Notes under the pieces: generated by a model
Told to the model about the DNA's origin: nothing
Databases searched by the model: none
What the model saw: only the letters and a program-made list of their open reading frames with translations
Position numbers and translations under genes: made by a program
Source of the DNA: Opitutia bacterium
GTDB taxonomy: Bacteria; Verrucomicrobiota; Verrucomicrobiia; Opitutales; Opitutaceae
DNA length: 64,000 nt
Assembly: GCA_947478395.1 (NCBI GenBank)
Contig: CANJVR010000003.1
Span: 160,001 to 224,000 of the forward strand
Direction: 5' to 3'
Shown: positions 1-12,284 of the stretch, one piece after another
How positions within the stretch are numbered: position 1 is the stretch's first letter
Layout of the letters: each line of letters starts with the position of its first letter

Positions 1-403
1 AATCCTGCGCGAGCCGCAGCGCCCAGCCGAAATTACGATCGGGCGGATCGACGGGAAATATCTGGCGAAAATCGTCCAGATCGAGCGCGCGAAAGACCTC
101 GGCCCATGTCAGCAGCGACTCCAATCGCGAAGCCACCCCCGTCGTCGGTTCGGTGGCCATGAGTGCGTCGGGCGTAAGCACGCGTGGCGGAAACGCCGCC
201 TGATGCCGCGTCGCGGCGTGCGCCGCCAGCGCTTCGCGCAGCCGGCGGCCCGACTGACGCGTGGGCACGATCACCAACAGATGCGCGAGATCCAGCGGGC
301 CGTCTTCTTTCCAATCAGCCGAGAGAAACGTCACCGCTTGGGTCAGCAGCGGCCGGTCCCAAGGCAAAAAATGACGGCGGACGTTGGGCGACGGAGGGAC
401 CAC
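1..403 (-). CDS. AddB/RecB-family PD-(D/E)XK helicase-nuclease subunit, N-terminal part (runs off window)
   Basis: Not in the ORF track. Manual translation from GTG at 403 gives MVPPSPNVRRHFLPWDRPLL...LDLAHLLVIVPTRQSGRRLREAL...PPRVLTP, which resembles AddB-type N-termini. The frame is open to the window edge. Confidence 0.65.
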   Translation of the reverse strand, partial: MVPPSPNVRRHFLPWDRPLLTQAVTFLSADWKEDGPLDLAHLLVIVPTRQSGRRLREALAAHAATRHQAAFPPRVLTPDALMATEPTTGVASRLESLLTWAEVFRALDLDDFRQIFPVDPPDRNFGWALRLAQD

Positions 404-585
404 AGGACGGCGATGATGAAAGCGCGCTCGGTGTGTAACCAAGCAGTAAACGACCGCAAAATTTCAAAGGGCGACCGTGCCGCCCGAAATCCTCCCTCCG
501 CGTCACGGGACTAACTGCGAATCTGCGGCCTCCGCGCTATTTCGGTTTCCTGCGGTAGGGCTCCGCCTGAAATGTCGTTGCCCTT

Positions 586-620
586 AAAAACAAAAACCCC
601 GGGGCGCGAAGCCCCGGGGT
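586..620 (-). terminator. Rho-independent terminator of rpsT
   Basis: Minus strand ACCCCGGGGC-TTCGC-GCCCCGGGGT followed by a T-rich tail, just after the rpsT stop. Confidence 0.85.
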
Positions 621-646
621 GATAAAGAAAAAATTAATCCCGAACC

Positions 647-907
647 TTACTTGGCGAGCACGTATTTCGACACATGCGCCTTGGCGCGACTGGCGGCGTT
701 GCGATGGACGACGCCGGACTTGGTGGCCTTGTCCATGGCCGAGGCGTAAGCGACCCCGAGGGTCTTGGCGGCGGCGGCATCCTTGGCGACAACGGCGGCC
801 TCAAATTTTTTGTGCAACGTCTTGAGGGCGGTCTTGACGCCTTTATTACGGGTGGTGAGGCGCACCGCTTTGCGGGCGGCTTTGATAGCAGATTTCGTGT
901 TGGCCAT
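647..907 (-). CDS. rpsT: 30S ribosomal protein S20
   Basis: MANTKSAIKAARK...RNK...DKATKSGVVHRNAASR, 86 aa basic protein. Confidence 0.97.
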   Translation of the reverse strand: MANTKSAIKAARKAVRLTTRNKGVKTALKTLHKKFEAAVVAKDAAAAKTLGVAYASAMDKATKSGVVHRNAASRAKAHVSKYVLAK

Positions 908-1153
908 GGCGGATGTGAGATTGGGAGTCGGTCAAAGACTCAAACGACGCCGGTCGAGTCAAGGGTTTTGTCAGTGAGGTCGTGGCGAATCAGTGCCCGA
1001 CTCGACGCCCCCGTCGGCCGGTCGATAGGCTCGAGTAGCATGGAAATGGAACAAAGATTCTGGCCCCGAGGTCCCGTTGCTCCTCTTGTAACGCTGGCGC
1101 TCGGCTCTCAGATTCTCCGCTGAACCACCCGAAGCATTGCTTGTCTTTTCCTA

Positions 1154-3310
1154 ATGATTTTTGCCCGCCTCTTCGTTCGCACGCGCTGGCTCAACTCCGC
1201 CAGTGGCGCGCTCGTCGTACTTTTGCAACGGACTCCGGTCGTGCGCGCCCTATTGACGACCGAGGCCGCACTTACGGCGCCGGCTACGAGCCTGCTGCGT
1301 TCCGCGCTCCCGGCCGCCGCCACGTTGGGCGCGGTGCACACCTTGGTTGGGGCAACGACTCAACTTGTCGCGAGCGTTGGCCAGCCAGCCAAGGCTACGG
1401 TTGGCTCTTCGTTCGCGGAAGCGGTGACCATAACGGGGGCGGGAGTAAGTTACGCCCAATCGTGGAAACTCAGCAACACGTTGCCGCCCGGCATCGTGGC
1501 GCAGGGCGCTGTGCTGCAAAACGGGCAACTGACGGTCAATCCATCCACCGGCACGCTAGTCTTCATCGGCACGCCGACCACCGCAGGGACCTACTCTATT
1601 AGTATTTCCGGCTACCAATACACCGGCTTCACCGGCCCCGCCACGAACGCGACAGCGACCATCGTCGTCGCAGACGCGCCCAATTCCGCACCTCTGATTT
1701 CGCGCCAGCCGGCGAACGTGATCACGATCGTTGGCAGCAGCGCGGTATTTTCGGTGGCGTTCACCGGCGCGCCCACCCCGACCATTCAATGGTCGAAAAA
1801 TGGCGCGGACATTGGAGGTGCGACCGCTACAACCCTCGCCCTCAATAACGTCTCAGCCAGCGACGCCGGCAACTATTCGGTCAAACTCACCAACGCGCTC
1901 GGCTCCGCCACCAGCCTCGTCGCCACGCTCACCGTCAACGCTGCGCCCGCTGCACCTGCATTCACGCTTCTGCCGGTCACCCAAATCGCAACCGCCGGGA
2001 ATGACGTAACCCTCGCTGTGACGGTCACGGGGGTCCCGACGCCCACGCTGCAGTGGCTGAGAAACGGTTCGAACATAGCCGGAGCCACCGGCACCACACT
2101 CACGCTGACGAACGTGCAATCAGCCGACGCCGGCACCTACTCCGTCACCGCGACCAACTCGGCCGGTATTGTCACCAGCTCCGCAGCTGGACTCACCGTC
2201 AACCCAGCGGCGGCCGCGCCCGTGTTTTCATCGCCGCCACTTTCACAGACCGTCGCGACGGGCGCCACCGTGGTCTTCCTTGCACCCGCGATCGGTACAC
2301 CCACCCCAAGCTACCAATGGCTCCTCAACGGTAACACGATTCCAGGCGAGACCAGTGCGACGTTGATGGTCTCCAGAGTCACGGCCGCGAATGCTGGTAG
2401 TTACACCGCCGTCGCCCAAAACTCCCTCGGGCAAGCGACCAGTTCGGCCGCAGCGCTCGTCGTCGCGGCGACGAACGATCCCGGCCGGCTCACCAATCTT
2501 TCCGTCATCACCGATCTCTCTGCGACGGCGCCGAGCTTCACCGTCGGGACCGTGCTCGGTGGCGCTGGCACCAGCGGGATCAAGCCACTCGTGGTGCGCG
2601 CGGCCGGCCCAGCGTTGGTCGCATTCGGGGTACCCGGTACGCTGGCCGATCCCGTGCTGAATCTGCTCGCCGGCCAGACGGTCGTCGCCTCGAACGATAA
2701 TTGGGGCGGCGCGCCCGTGCTTGCGGCCGCGATGGCTGGAGTAGGTGCCTTCCCGTACACTTCGGCCGACTCGAAAGACGCCGCGATCTACGCTCCAACC
2801 CTGCCGGCGCGCGACTATACGGTAGCCGTCAGCAGTGCCGTTCCCGCCGGGAGCGGCACCGTGATCGCCGAAATTTACGATGCGACGCCCGCCGGCACCT
2901 ACACCACCACGACTCCGCGACTGATCAACGTATCCGTGCTCAAACAAATCGCTCCGAGCGGCAGTCTCACGCTCGGTTTCACCATCGGCGGCTCGACGGC
3001 GAAGACCGTGCTCATCCGAGCGATCGGGCCGGGGTTAGCATCGGTGGGGGTTGCGAGCGGCACGCTCGCCGATCCGCGGCTAACCCTTTACGACAGCACC
3101 TCCACCGCGATCGCGACCAACCATGGTTGGGGCGGCAATCCCTCCTTGGCTCAGGCCATGTCGCGGGTCGGCGCCTTTGCCGTTACCAACGCGAGCAGCA
3201 ACGATTCGATGCTTCTGCTCACGCTACCGCCGGGCGGCTATACAGCGACAGCGAGCGACGGCGCCGGTGGCGGCGGTCTAGCCATCGTCGAAGTCTACGA
3301 AGTGCCATAG
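1154..3310 (+). CDS. Secreted/surface protein with a putative Ig domain, three I-set Ig repeats and a duplicated C-terminal domain
   Basis: Three repeats of P.P..QW..NG..I.G.T..TL.....V.A.DAG.Y.V..TN..G; Ala/Thr-rich; tandem C-terminal domains RLTNLSV...AEIYDA and RLINVSV...VEVYEV. Confidence 0.85.
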   Translation: MIFARLFVRTRWLNSASGALVVLLQRTPVVRALLTTEAALTAPATSLLRSALPAAATLGAVHTLVGATTQLVASVGQPAKATVGSSFAEAVTITGAGVSYAQSWKLSNTLPPGIVAQGAVLQNGQLTVNPSTGTLVFIGTPTTAGTYSISISGYQYTGFTGPATNATATIVVADAPNSAPLISRQPANVITIVGSSAVFSVAFTGAPTPTIQWSKNGADIGGATATTLALNNVSASDAGNYSVKLTNALGSATSLVATLTVNAAPAAPAFTLLPVTQIATAGNDVTLAVTVTGVPTPTLQWLRNGSNIAGATGTTLTLTNVQSADAGTYSVTATNSAGIVTSSAAGLTVNPAAAAPVFSSPPLSQTVATGATVVFLAPAIGTPTPSYQWLLNGNTIPGETSATLMVSRVTAANAGSYTAVAQNSLGQATSSAAALVVAATNDPGRLTNLSVITDLSATAPSFTVGTVLGGAGTSGIKPLVVRAAGPALVAFGVPGTLADPVLNLLAGQTVVASNDNWGGAPVLAAAMAGVGAFPYTSADSKDAAIYAPTLPARDYTVAVSSAVPAGSGTVIAEIYDATPAGTYTTTTPRLINVSVLKQIAPSGSLTLGFTIGGSTAKTVLIRAIGPGLASVGVASGTLADPRLTLYDSTSTAIATNHGWGGNPSLAQAMSRVGAFAVTNASSNDSMLLLTLPPGGYTATASDGAGGGGLAIVEVYEVP

Positions 3311-3336
3311 CCGCGAGAAGAGCAGCCGCTCACGAA

Positions 3337-3406
3337 GTAGCGGCAGGCGTCTCTGCCTGCCGGGTTCGGTGTCCTCATTTCGGCAGGCAGGGACGCCTGC
3401 CGCTAC
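3337..3406. repeat. GTAG-type palindromic REP/REPIN-like element, copy 1
   Basis: GTAGCGGCAGGCGTCTCTGCCTGCCG...CGGCAGGCAGGGACGCCTGCCGCTAC; similar copies at 14911, 17824 and 22245. Confidence 0.9.
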
Positions 3407-3482
3407 GTCGTTGCCGGCTACGCATTGGGTTAAACCGCTTCAGGCACACGCAGCTCCGCGGCAGCGGCGCTCGGAAACTCGC

Positions 3483-5069
3483 TTACTTCGTCGGCGTGGG
3501 GGCGAAGGCGCCGTTGCCTTCGTCGAAATAGTGCACGCCGTTCACTTCCACGGTTTGCAGGTATTGCGTCCACACGCCGGTCGGCAATTCACGGCGAGCC
3601 GTGAGGCGCTGCAGATTGACGGAGCGCAAGGGCGGTGCGTCTGACGCGGCGAGCGCTTCGCTCAACACGCGGCCGTCGCGGCGGACGGCTTCTTCGCGAT
3701 GACCGAGAATCCACATAATCGTCGGCGCCAGATCGGTGTTGGCGCTGGCTAGCGGATCGCGCACGCCCACGCGAAAATCAGGGCCGGCGGCGACGAGCGT
3801 GTTGGCCATGTCGGTCGGCGAAAGCGACGTGTGGTTGCCCTGACCCGGACCGCGCTCGAGACTTTCCGAAAAGATTAAACCCGGCGTGCCATTGGCGCTG
3901 CGCCCGCCCGTCCACCGCATGGCGATTACGAGATCGGGCGCCTCTGGGGAATCGAGATGAACGGTGGCCAAGGGAAACGTGCCTTCGATTTTCTCGCGGG
4001 AAAATACCACGCCAGCCCAAGGCTGCGCCTGTGCCCAAGCCGCGATTTTTTGTACGAGCGCCGCCCCATGATTGGCCACGTACAGGAAAACCGTGCCGCT
4101 GTTACTCACGACCAACACTTTGCCGGGCTGCATGCCGCCGAGGAGAACACGAGCGGCATCGATCCCGAGCTTCGAGAGTTCCACCGCCACGTCCGCATTG
4201 CCGGAAATGGTCGAGAACCCGTGGTCGGAAACCACCATCACATCGGTGCTCGCGCGAAGGCCGCGGCGGTCAAGATCAGCGAGGACTTCGCCGAGATGCC
4301 GGTCGCTGCTCGCGATCCCGGCCAGAGCCGGCGGCGAGCCTGGACCGCTAGCATGTTGCGAGTAATCAGGCTCCGACAACCAGAGCAGCGAATAAGGAGG
4401 CACGCCGTCTTTCCAGAGTACTTCGAGCAAGGCCCGCGTGGTCCAGACATCGCGCGCGAGCTTGTCCGATCCTTTTTTAGTAACGGGATCGACAGGGATT
4501 TCGGGTAGCGGCCCGAGCGTCGCAACGATCTGTTTCTCCACGCTCGCGGGCAAAGCGGCGCCTTCAAACAATACCGGGGAAACACTGGGACCTTCGGCGC
4601 GCGGCCGGCGATCGTGCAGGAGCGCCACCTGTTTTGCGCCTGCAATCACGGTGCGCTGGCCGTGGGCTTGCAGATATTCAGCGATGGTTTCGAGTGCGAG
4701 ATAATGGCCGCCGCTCAGAGCGTCACCGCGAGCGATGACGGCCGGGTCTTCCGCCGCCACGGATTTTTTCGGATCGATACCCGCGCGAAACTCCTTGTTG
4801 CCGACGATCGTGCTGTGGCCGGGATAAGCGCCGGTCGCCATGGCCGTGCCGTTGACCTCCGTGGAGGAAGGATAGACCGGATGATGGTTCGCAAAAAACA
4901 CGCCGGATTGCGCGAGCGCCCAGAGATTGGGCGTTGTTTCCGGGGTGATGAAATCGCGACGCATGCCATCCCATACCAGCACCACGACATGGCGCGGCGG
5001 CTCGGCCGCCAGCGCGCAGCCGGCGAATAAAAGGGCAAGGATCACGGCAGACGGGAGGCGGAGTTTCAT
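3483..5069 (-). CDS. Alkaline phosphatase superfamily nucleotide pyrophosphatase/phosphodiesterase, secreted
   Basis: Signal peptide MKLRLPSAVILALL; motifs VVLVWDGMR, PSSTEVN...TGAYP, EPDYSQH, VSDHGF and GNH. Start reassigned to ATG at 5069. Confidence 0.85.
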   Translation of the reverse strand: MKLRLPSAVILALLFAGCALAAEPPRHVVVLVWDGMRRDFITPETTPNLWALAQSGVFFANHHPVYPSSTEVNGTAMATGAYPGHSTIVGNKEFRAGIDPKKSVAAEDPAVIARGDALSGGHYLALETIAEYLQAHGQRTVIAGAKQVALLHDRRPRAEGPSVSPVLFEGAALPASVEKQIVATLGPLPEIPVDPVTKKGSDKLARDVWTTRALLEVLWKDGVPPYSLLWLSEPDYSQHASGPGSPPALAGIASSDRHLGEVLADLDRRGLRASTDVMVVSDHGFSTISGNADVAVELSKLGIDAARVLLGGMQPGKVLVVSNSGTVFLYVANHGAALVQKIAAWAQAQPWAGVVFSREKIEGTFPLATVHLDSPEAPDLVIAMRWTGGRSANGTPGLIFSESLERGPGQGNHTSLSPTDMANTLVAAGPDFRVGVRDPLASANTDLAPTIMWILGHREEAVRRDGRVLSEALAASDAPPLRSVNLQRLTARRELPTGVWTQYLQTVEVNGVHYFDEGNGAFAPTPTK

Positions 5070-5166
5070 CGGGAAAATACGGGAAGAAAATGGAATGTTC
5101 TCCGAGAATGAACTACGGAGAGTAGCGTTAAACTTGGCTGACGAGGACCGAACCAGCGTCCACGAG

Positions 5167-5208
5167 CCAGTTCGCTCACGAGCACGCATGCGCTCGCGAG
5201 CGAACTGG
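5167..5208. repeat. Intergenic hairpin between the TonB receptor and phosphodiesterase genes
   Basis: CCAGTTCGCTCACGAGC...GCTCGCGAGCGAACTGG inverted repeat with no U tract. Confidence 0.6.
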
Positions 5209-5239
5209 ACGGCGAAGGGTCACAACCCGGACGTTTCGA

Positions 5240-7546
5240 CTAAAACTGACCGGAGACCGTGAGGAAGAAGCCGATCGGTGTGAGCGGATTGTACGTGCTC
5301 GTGAGCGGATTAAGCGCGCCGGCGGTGGCCTTGGCCGACTTCAACAGGATGACTTTGCGATCGAACAGATTGTTCACCTGCAGGCGGATTTTGTAGCTCT
5401 TCATGAAACGGCTTTCCAACTTGGCGCCGTAGCCGAGCGAGAGATCCGTGAAGGTGTAGCCGCCCTGCACAATCGAGAGCGCACCGACCGGGAGCGGCTG
5501 GTCGGGATTCGGGGCGCCTTGGTACGTGGTGTAGGGACCGGAGTATTTCGTCATCACCGAGGCGAAGAAGCCCGCGTGATCGTAGACGAAGCCAAAGCCT
5601 CCGGTGCTCTGCGGAGCGCTGTCGATGCGGCGCTTGGATTTTTCGTACGTCGCGTAGTTGCGCGACCCGTTGACGAACACACTTAGGCCGCCGCCGACAT
5701 AAAACGTCCCTTGGGCCTCGACGCCGTAGTAATAAGCGCCTGAAGCGGTGAAGAACACCAGGTCGTTGGGATTGATGATCCCGGTCTGGTTCGGATTGAT
5801 CTGCGACACCGGCAGGTCGTGCGAGTGGATGAAGTAGCCGTCGATGTCGGCATTGAAGCGGTTGGTTTTGAAAACGCTGCCGATCTGATAATTCGTGGTC
5901 GTCTGCGGTTTAACGACGTTGGCTTCCGGATGATCGACCTGGAAAAACGCGAGCGGAGGCGTGAGGAAGCCGGTCGCATATTGCGCATAGGCTGACCACG
6001 AGGGCGCGAGGCGGTAGTTGGCCGTCACGAGCGGCATCGCCTTCGAATAGGTCTTCGTGAAGTAGGCCGGAAGGAGATCGGCGCTCTGATTGATGGGCGC
6101 GGCGATCTGCCGTTTCACCGACATATACTTCAAACCGGGCGTCAGCGTCAGGGCCGGGAGCGGGCGCCACGCGTACTCGACGTAAGGCTCCCACGTCTCG
6201 GTGTAATAGTGCATGTTGTAGACGTAGCCACCGAGAGTTTTGGGCGCCAACGGATCGAGAAAGCCGGAGGGCGTCGCGACCATCCCGAGCGCCTGCGCGT
6301 TCGCGATGTTGTAATCGAGCGCGATCTGGTAACGCGGGCCGTGCTGGTAGTCGTACCAGACGCCGGTCTTGAACGTGCCCATCGCGTCGTCGTGCGTGAG
6401 GGCGAACGTGTTGCCCACCGCGCGCACCGAATTGACCTTGAACCGGCCCGCGAGATCGGTGCCGGTGACGACCTTGCCCGTGGTCGGATTGATCGTCGAA
6501 CCGCCGTTGTTGGCCGGAGATTCGTGACTGCTGTTATTGTAGGAGAAGGTGTAGACCTTGTCGTCGAATTTCCAGCCGTCGCCAAATTCGCCGTCGTAGG
6601 CGATGAAGCCGGTGTCGGTCTGTTTCACCTGATAATTATTTCCGTAGTAGTCGCCGTTGCGATCGAGGGGATTGTCGGTCTGGCCGAAGTTGCGGCCGAA
6701 CTGCAGGATTTGCTGGCCGGTCAGCGGCGAGGCGTTCGGGTTGTTGAACTTGATGTTATTGTACTCACCCATGAACGTGAGGTTGGAGTGTGCCGTCACG
6801 GGCTGGATGTATTTAAAAAAGTACGTGTTGCGGCGCAGGGTGCCAAACGTGCGATAGCCGTCCGTGGTCATGTATTGGTAACTGCCGATCAGGGAGCCGC
6901 CGTTGGTTTTCGGCAGCAGGCCGGTGTTAACCTCAAAATGAGCGAGCTCCGTTTTCCAACTGCCGTAGCTCAAGGTCGGCACGAACGATGCGCCGGGCGT
7001 CGGGTCTTTCGTTTCCAAGGCCATCGTGCCGCCGAAAGTCGCCATACCGATCGTGCTCGCCGTGCCGGGACCGCGATCGACCGTCACCCGGCCGAGGAGT
7101 TTCGCCGGAAAATAGCTCGTCGTGTGGTGGGTGTAATCGTTGCCGTCGCCGAACGGGATGCCGTCGATCGTGACGTTGTAATTGCCGTCGTTGAAGCCGC
7201 GGATCGTGGGCTTCGACTCATTCAAACCGGGGCCGTTCGTGGAAAAATTCGTCACGCTCGGCGAGAGATTGGCGATCATCGCGTAATCAGCCGTGGGCGC
7301 GATGCTGTTCTGGATCGTCTGGATGTTGATGATCGACTGCGGCTGGACGGCCTCGAGTCGGCTTTCGGTGGGGGCCATGGTTTGGGCCGAGGTGCGCGAT
7401 TCGGACACCTCGAAATCCTGCAACCGCACCGCCGTGGTGCTGGAGCTGGAATTGCCGGCGTCGGCGGCACGGCTGAGCGCGCAACCAACGGTGGCGAGCA
7501 TCAGAAGACTGAAGAAGAAACGGTTTCGGTACGGGTGGTAGTTCAC
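5240..7546 (-). CDS. TonB-dependent receptor
   Basis: Signal peptide, TonB-box-like VRLQDFEVS, plug motifs IRGF/IDGIP/VDRGPG, VNNLFD and C-terminal Phe. Confidence 0.92.
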   Translation of the reverse strand: MNYHPYRNRFFFSLLMLATVGCALSRAADAGNSSSSTTAVRLQDFEVSESRTSAQTMAPTESRLEAVQPQSIINIQTIQNSIAPTADYAMIANLSPSVTNFSTNGPGLNESKPTIRGFNDGNYNVTIDGIPFGDGNDYTHHTTSYFPAKLLGRVTVDRGPGTASTIGMATFGGTMALETKDPTPGASFVPTLSYGSWKTELAHFEVNTGLLPKTNGGSLIGSYQYMTTDGYRTFGTLRRNTYFFKYIQPVTAHSNLTFMGEYNNIKFNNPNASPLTGQQILQFGRNFGQTDNPLDRNGDYYGNNYQVKQTDTGFIAYDGEFGDGWKFDDKVYTFSYNNSSHESPANNGGSTINPTTGKVVTGTDLAGRFKVNSVRAVGNTFALTHDDAMGTFKTGVWYDYQHGPRYQIALDYNIANAQALGMVATPSGFLDPLAPKTLGGYVYNMHYYTETWEPYVEYAWRPLPALTLTPGLKYMSVKRQIAAPINQSADLLPAYFTKTYSKAMPLVTANYRLAPSWSAYAQYATGFLTPPLAFFQVDHPEANVVKPQTTTNYQIGSVFKTNRFNADIDGYFIHSHDLPVSQINPNQTGIINPNDLVFFTASGAYYYGVEAQGTFYVGGGLSVFVNGSRNYATYEKSKRRIDSAPQSTGGFGFVYDHAGFFASVMTKYSGPYTTYQGAPNPDQPLPVGALSIVQGGYTFTDLSLGYGAKLESRFMKSYKIRLQVNNLFDRKVILLKSAKATAGALNPLTSTYNPLTPIGFFLTVSGQF

Positions 7547-7569
7547 GCGTTACAGCCTGAAGGCGTCAC

Positions 7570-7609
7570 GTGACACCCCCGCGACGGTTGAGTCACGAAC
7601 GCGTGAAAC
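7570..7609 (-). promoter_or_regulatory. Putative Pho-box-like 11-bp-periodic direct repeats
   Basis: Minus-strand heptamers GTTTCAC, TCGTGAC, CCGTCGC and GTGTCAC at exact 11-bp spacing upstream of the receptor-phosphodiesterase pair. Confidence 0.4.
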
Positions 7610-7644
7610 TGGGATTACCCCGCTGTAATCCGGGCCAAAAAATT

Positions 7645-8116
7645 CTTAGCTTTGGAGCCGGTAAGCCGGATTCTGTGCCGCGCCTTGCGACGCTTCGGCA
7701 GTCATTTCTCTCGAGTGCGACTTGCGCCGCACTCGCCCTCCGTCACTCCGAGGAGCTAAAGAGGGTGCGGCATACCCGCGGCTATCGGACGGGCCGCCCA
7801 GCCGCCTATTTTGCCTTGCACCGGAAGGGGTTTGTCGTGCCGCCGCTGTCGCCAGCGACGCGGTGGGCTCTTACCCCACCTTTTCACTATGACCCTGCTT
7901 AGCTCGCGCGAGCGGACTAAGCAGGGCTACTTATTTTCTGTGACACTGTCCGTCACCGCGCTTTGAAACGCGGTGCCTGCGCGCGGCGTGAGCCTGGCGC
8001 AGCATCCTGCCCTATGGTGTCCGGACTTTCCTCTCCGAATTTCAAAAACGGGCGCGGCGATTAACCGCGCCTTGGGATCAAAGAACTCGGAGCGACTGCC
8101 AGGCCCCAAAGCTAAG
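7645..8116 (-). ncRNA. rnpB: RNase P RNA (type A)
   Basis: Minus strand has GAGGAAAGTCCGG, ACAGAAA, GGTAAGAGCCCACC, CAAACCCC..GTGCAAGG and ACAGAATCCGGCTTA. The ends CTTAGCTTTGGGGCC / GGCTCCAAAGCTAAG pair as P1. Confidence 0.96.
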
Positions 8117-8123
8117 GCCGCCG

Positions 8124-8151
8124 ACCGTAGGCTGCGCGTTGGCGAATGCAA
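8124..8151 (-). promoter_or_regulatory. Putative sigma70-type promoter of rnpB
   Basis: TTGCAT-N16-TACGGT, 7 nt before the P1 helix. Confidence 0.5.
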
Positions 8152-8361
8152 GGACGCGCACCGGCGGATATGGCGTGGGCCTTGCCCGTGGCAGCGAACG
8201 ATTTTGATCCGGTGAAGATTTGGCCTCTTGGAGTCGAGCCACCGTTTGGGCGCTGACAACGGATCACGCGACCTCCGAGCGTCAAAGAGGGGTTCAGGCA
8301 CCCCGCCCATATTTCGATCCCTAGCTTGCAAGCCGACGCCGACCAAACGTCGCGCGCACCC

Positions 8362-11779
<3,418 letters not shown>

Positions 11780-11793
11780 TTCACGCTCCTACC

Positions 11794-11997
11794 ATGAAAC
11801 TCAAAGCGATCATTCACAGAGCGGACGAAGGCGGCTTCTGGGCCGAAGTTCCCGCACTCCCCGGCTGCGTCACGCAGGGCGAAACCTTGCTCGAGCTACA
11901 CCCCAACATCAAAGAGGCAGTCGAAGGTTGGCTGTCGGCAGATGATGAACAGCAAGAGGCCAAACCAGATGACCAGATTATTGAAATCGCCGTGTAA
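11794..11997 (+). CDS. hicB: HicB-family antitoxin (short form without DNA-binding domain)
   Basis: GGFWAEVPALPGCVTQGET...NIKEAVEGWL. Confidence 0.9.
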   Translation: MKLKAIIHRADEGGFWAEVPALPGCVTQGETLLELHPNIKEAVEGWLSADDEQQEAKPDDQIIEIAV

Positions 11998-12050
11998 TTT
12001 AAAAACAGAAATTACGCGACTTCTGAAACCGTTCCTCAACGCGAATAGGG

Positions 12051-12257
12051 ATGAAGCAAGTTTCCGGTAAGGACTTCGTACGTATCCTCCAACACCGTGG
12101 TTAGTGCCTCGTCCGCACAAAAGGCAGCCACCACATTTTCACCAAGCCCGGCCATCGCGAGCGCATCGTCGTTCCCGTCCACGGCAACAACCCACTCAAG
12201 CTCGGCCTCCTCAAGCACCAGATGAAAATCGCCGGTCTCACCGAAGCCGACCTCTGA
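12051..12257 (+). pseudogene. hicA: HicA-family mRNA interferase toxin interrupted by an in-frame TAG
   Basis: Manual translation MKQVSGKDFVRILQHRG*CLVRTKGSHHIFTKPGHRERIVVPVHGNNPLKLGLLKHQMKIAGLTEADL; TAG at 12102-12104; GSH and VPVH motifs intact. Confidence 0.9.
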
Positions 12258-12284
12258 TTTTTTCAAAACCCAACTTTCCTTTCC

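Noticed and set aside
12102..12104. Amber codon in hicA as pyrrolysine or genetic-code reassignment
   Set aside because: TAG is used as a normal stop elsewhere (Ig gene, rbsK, upp), no pyl genes are present, and a single TGG>TAG change explains it
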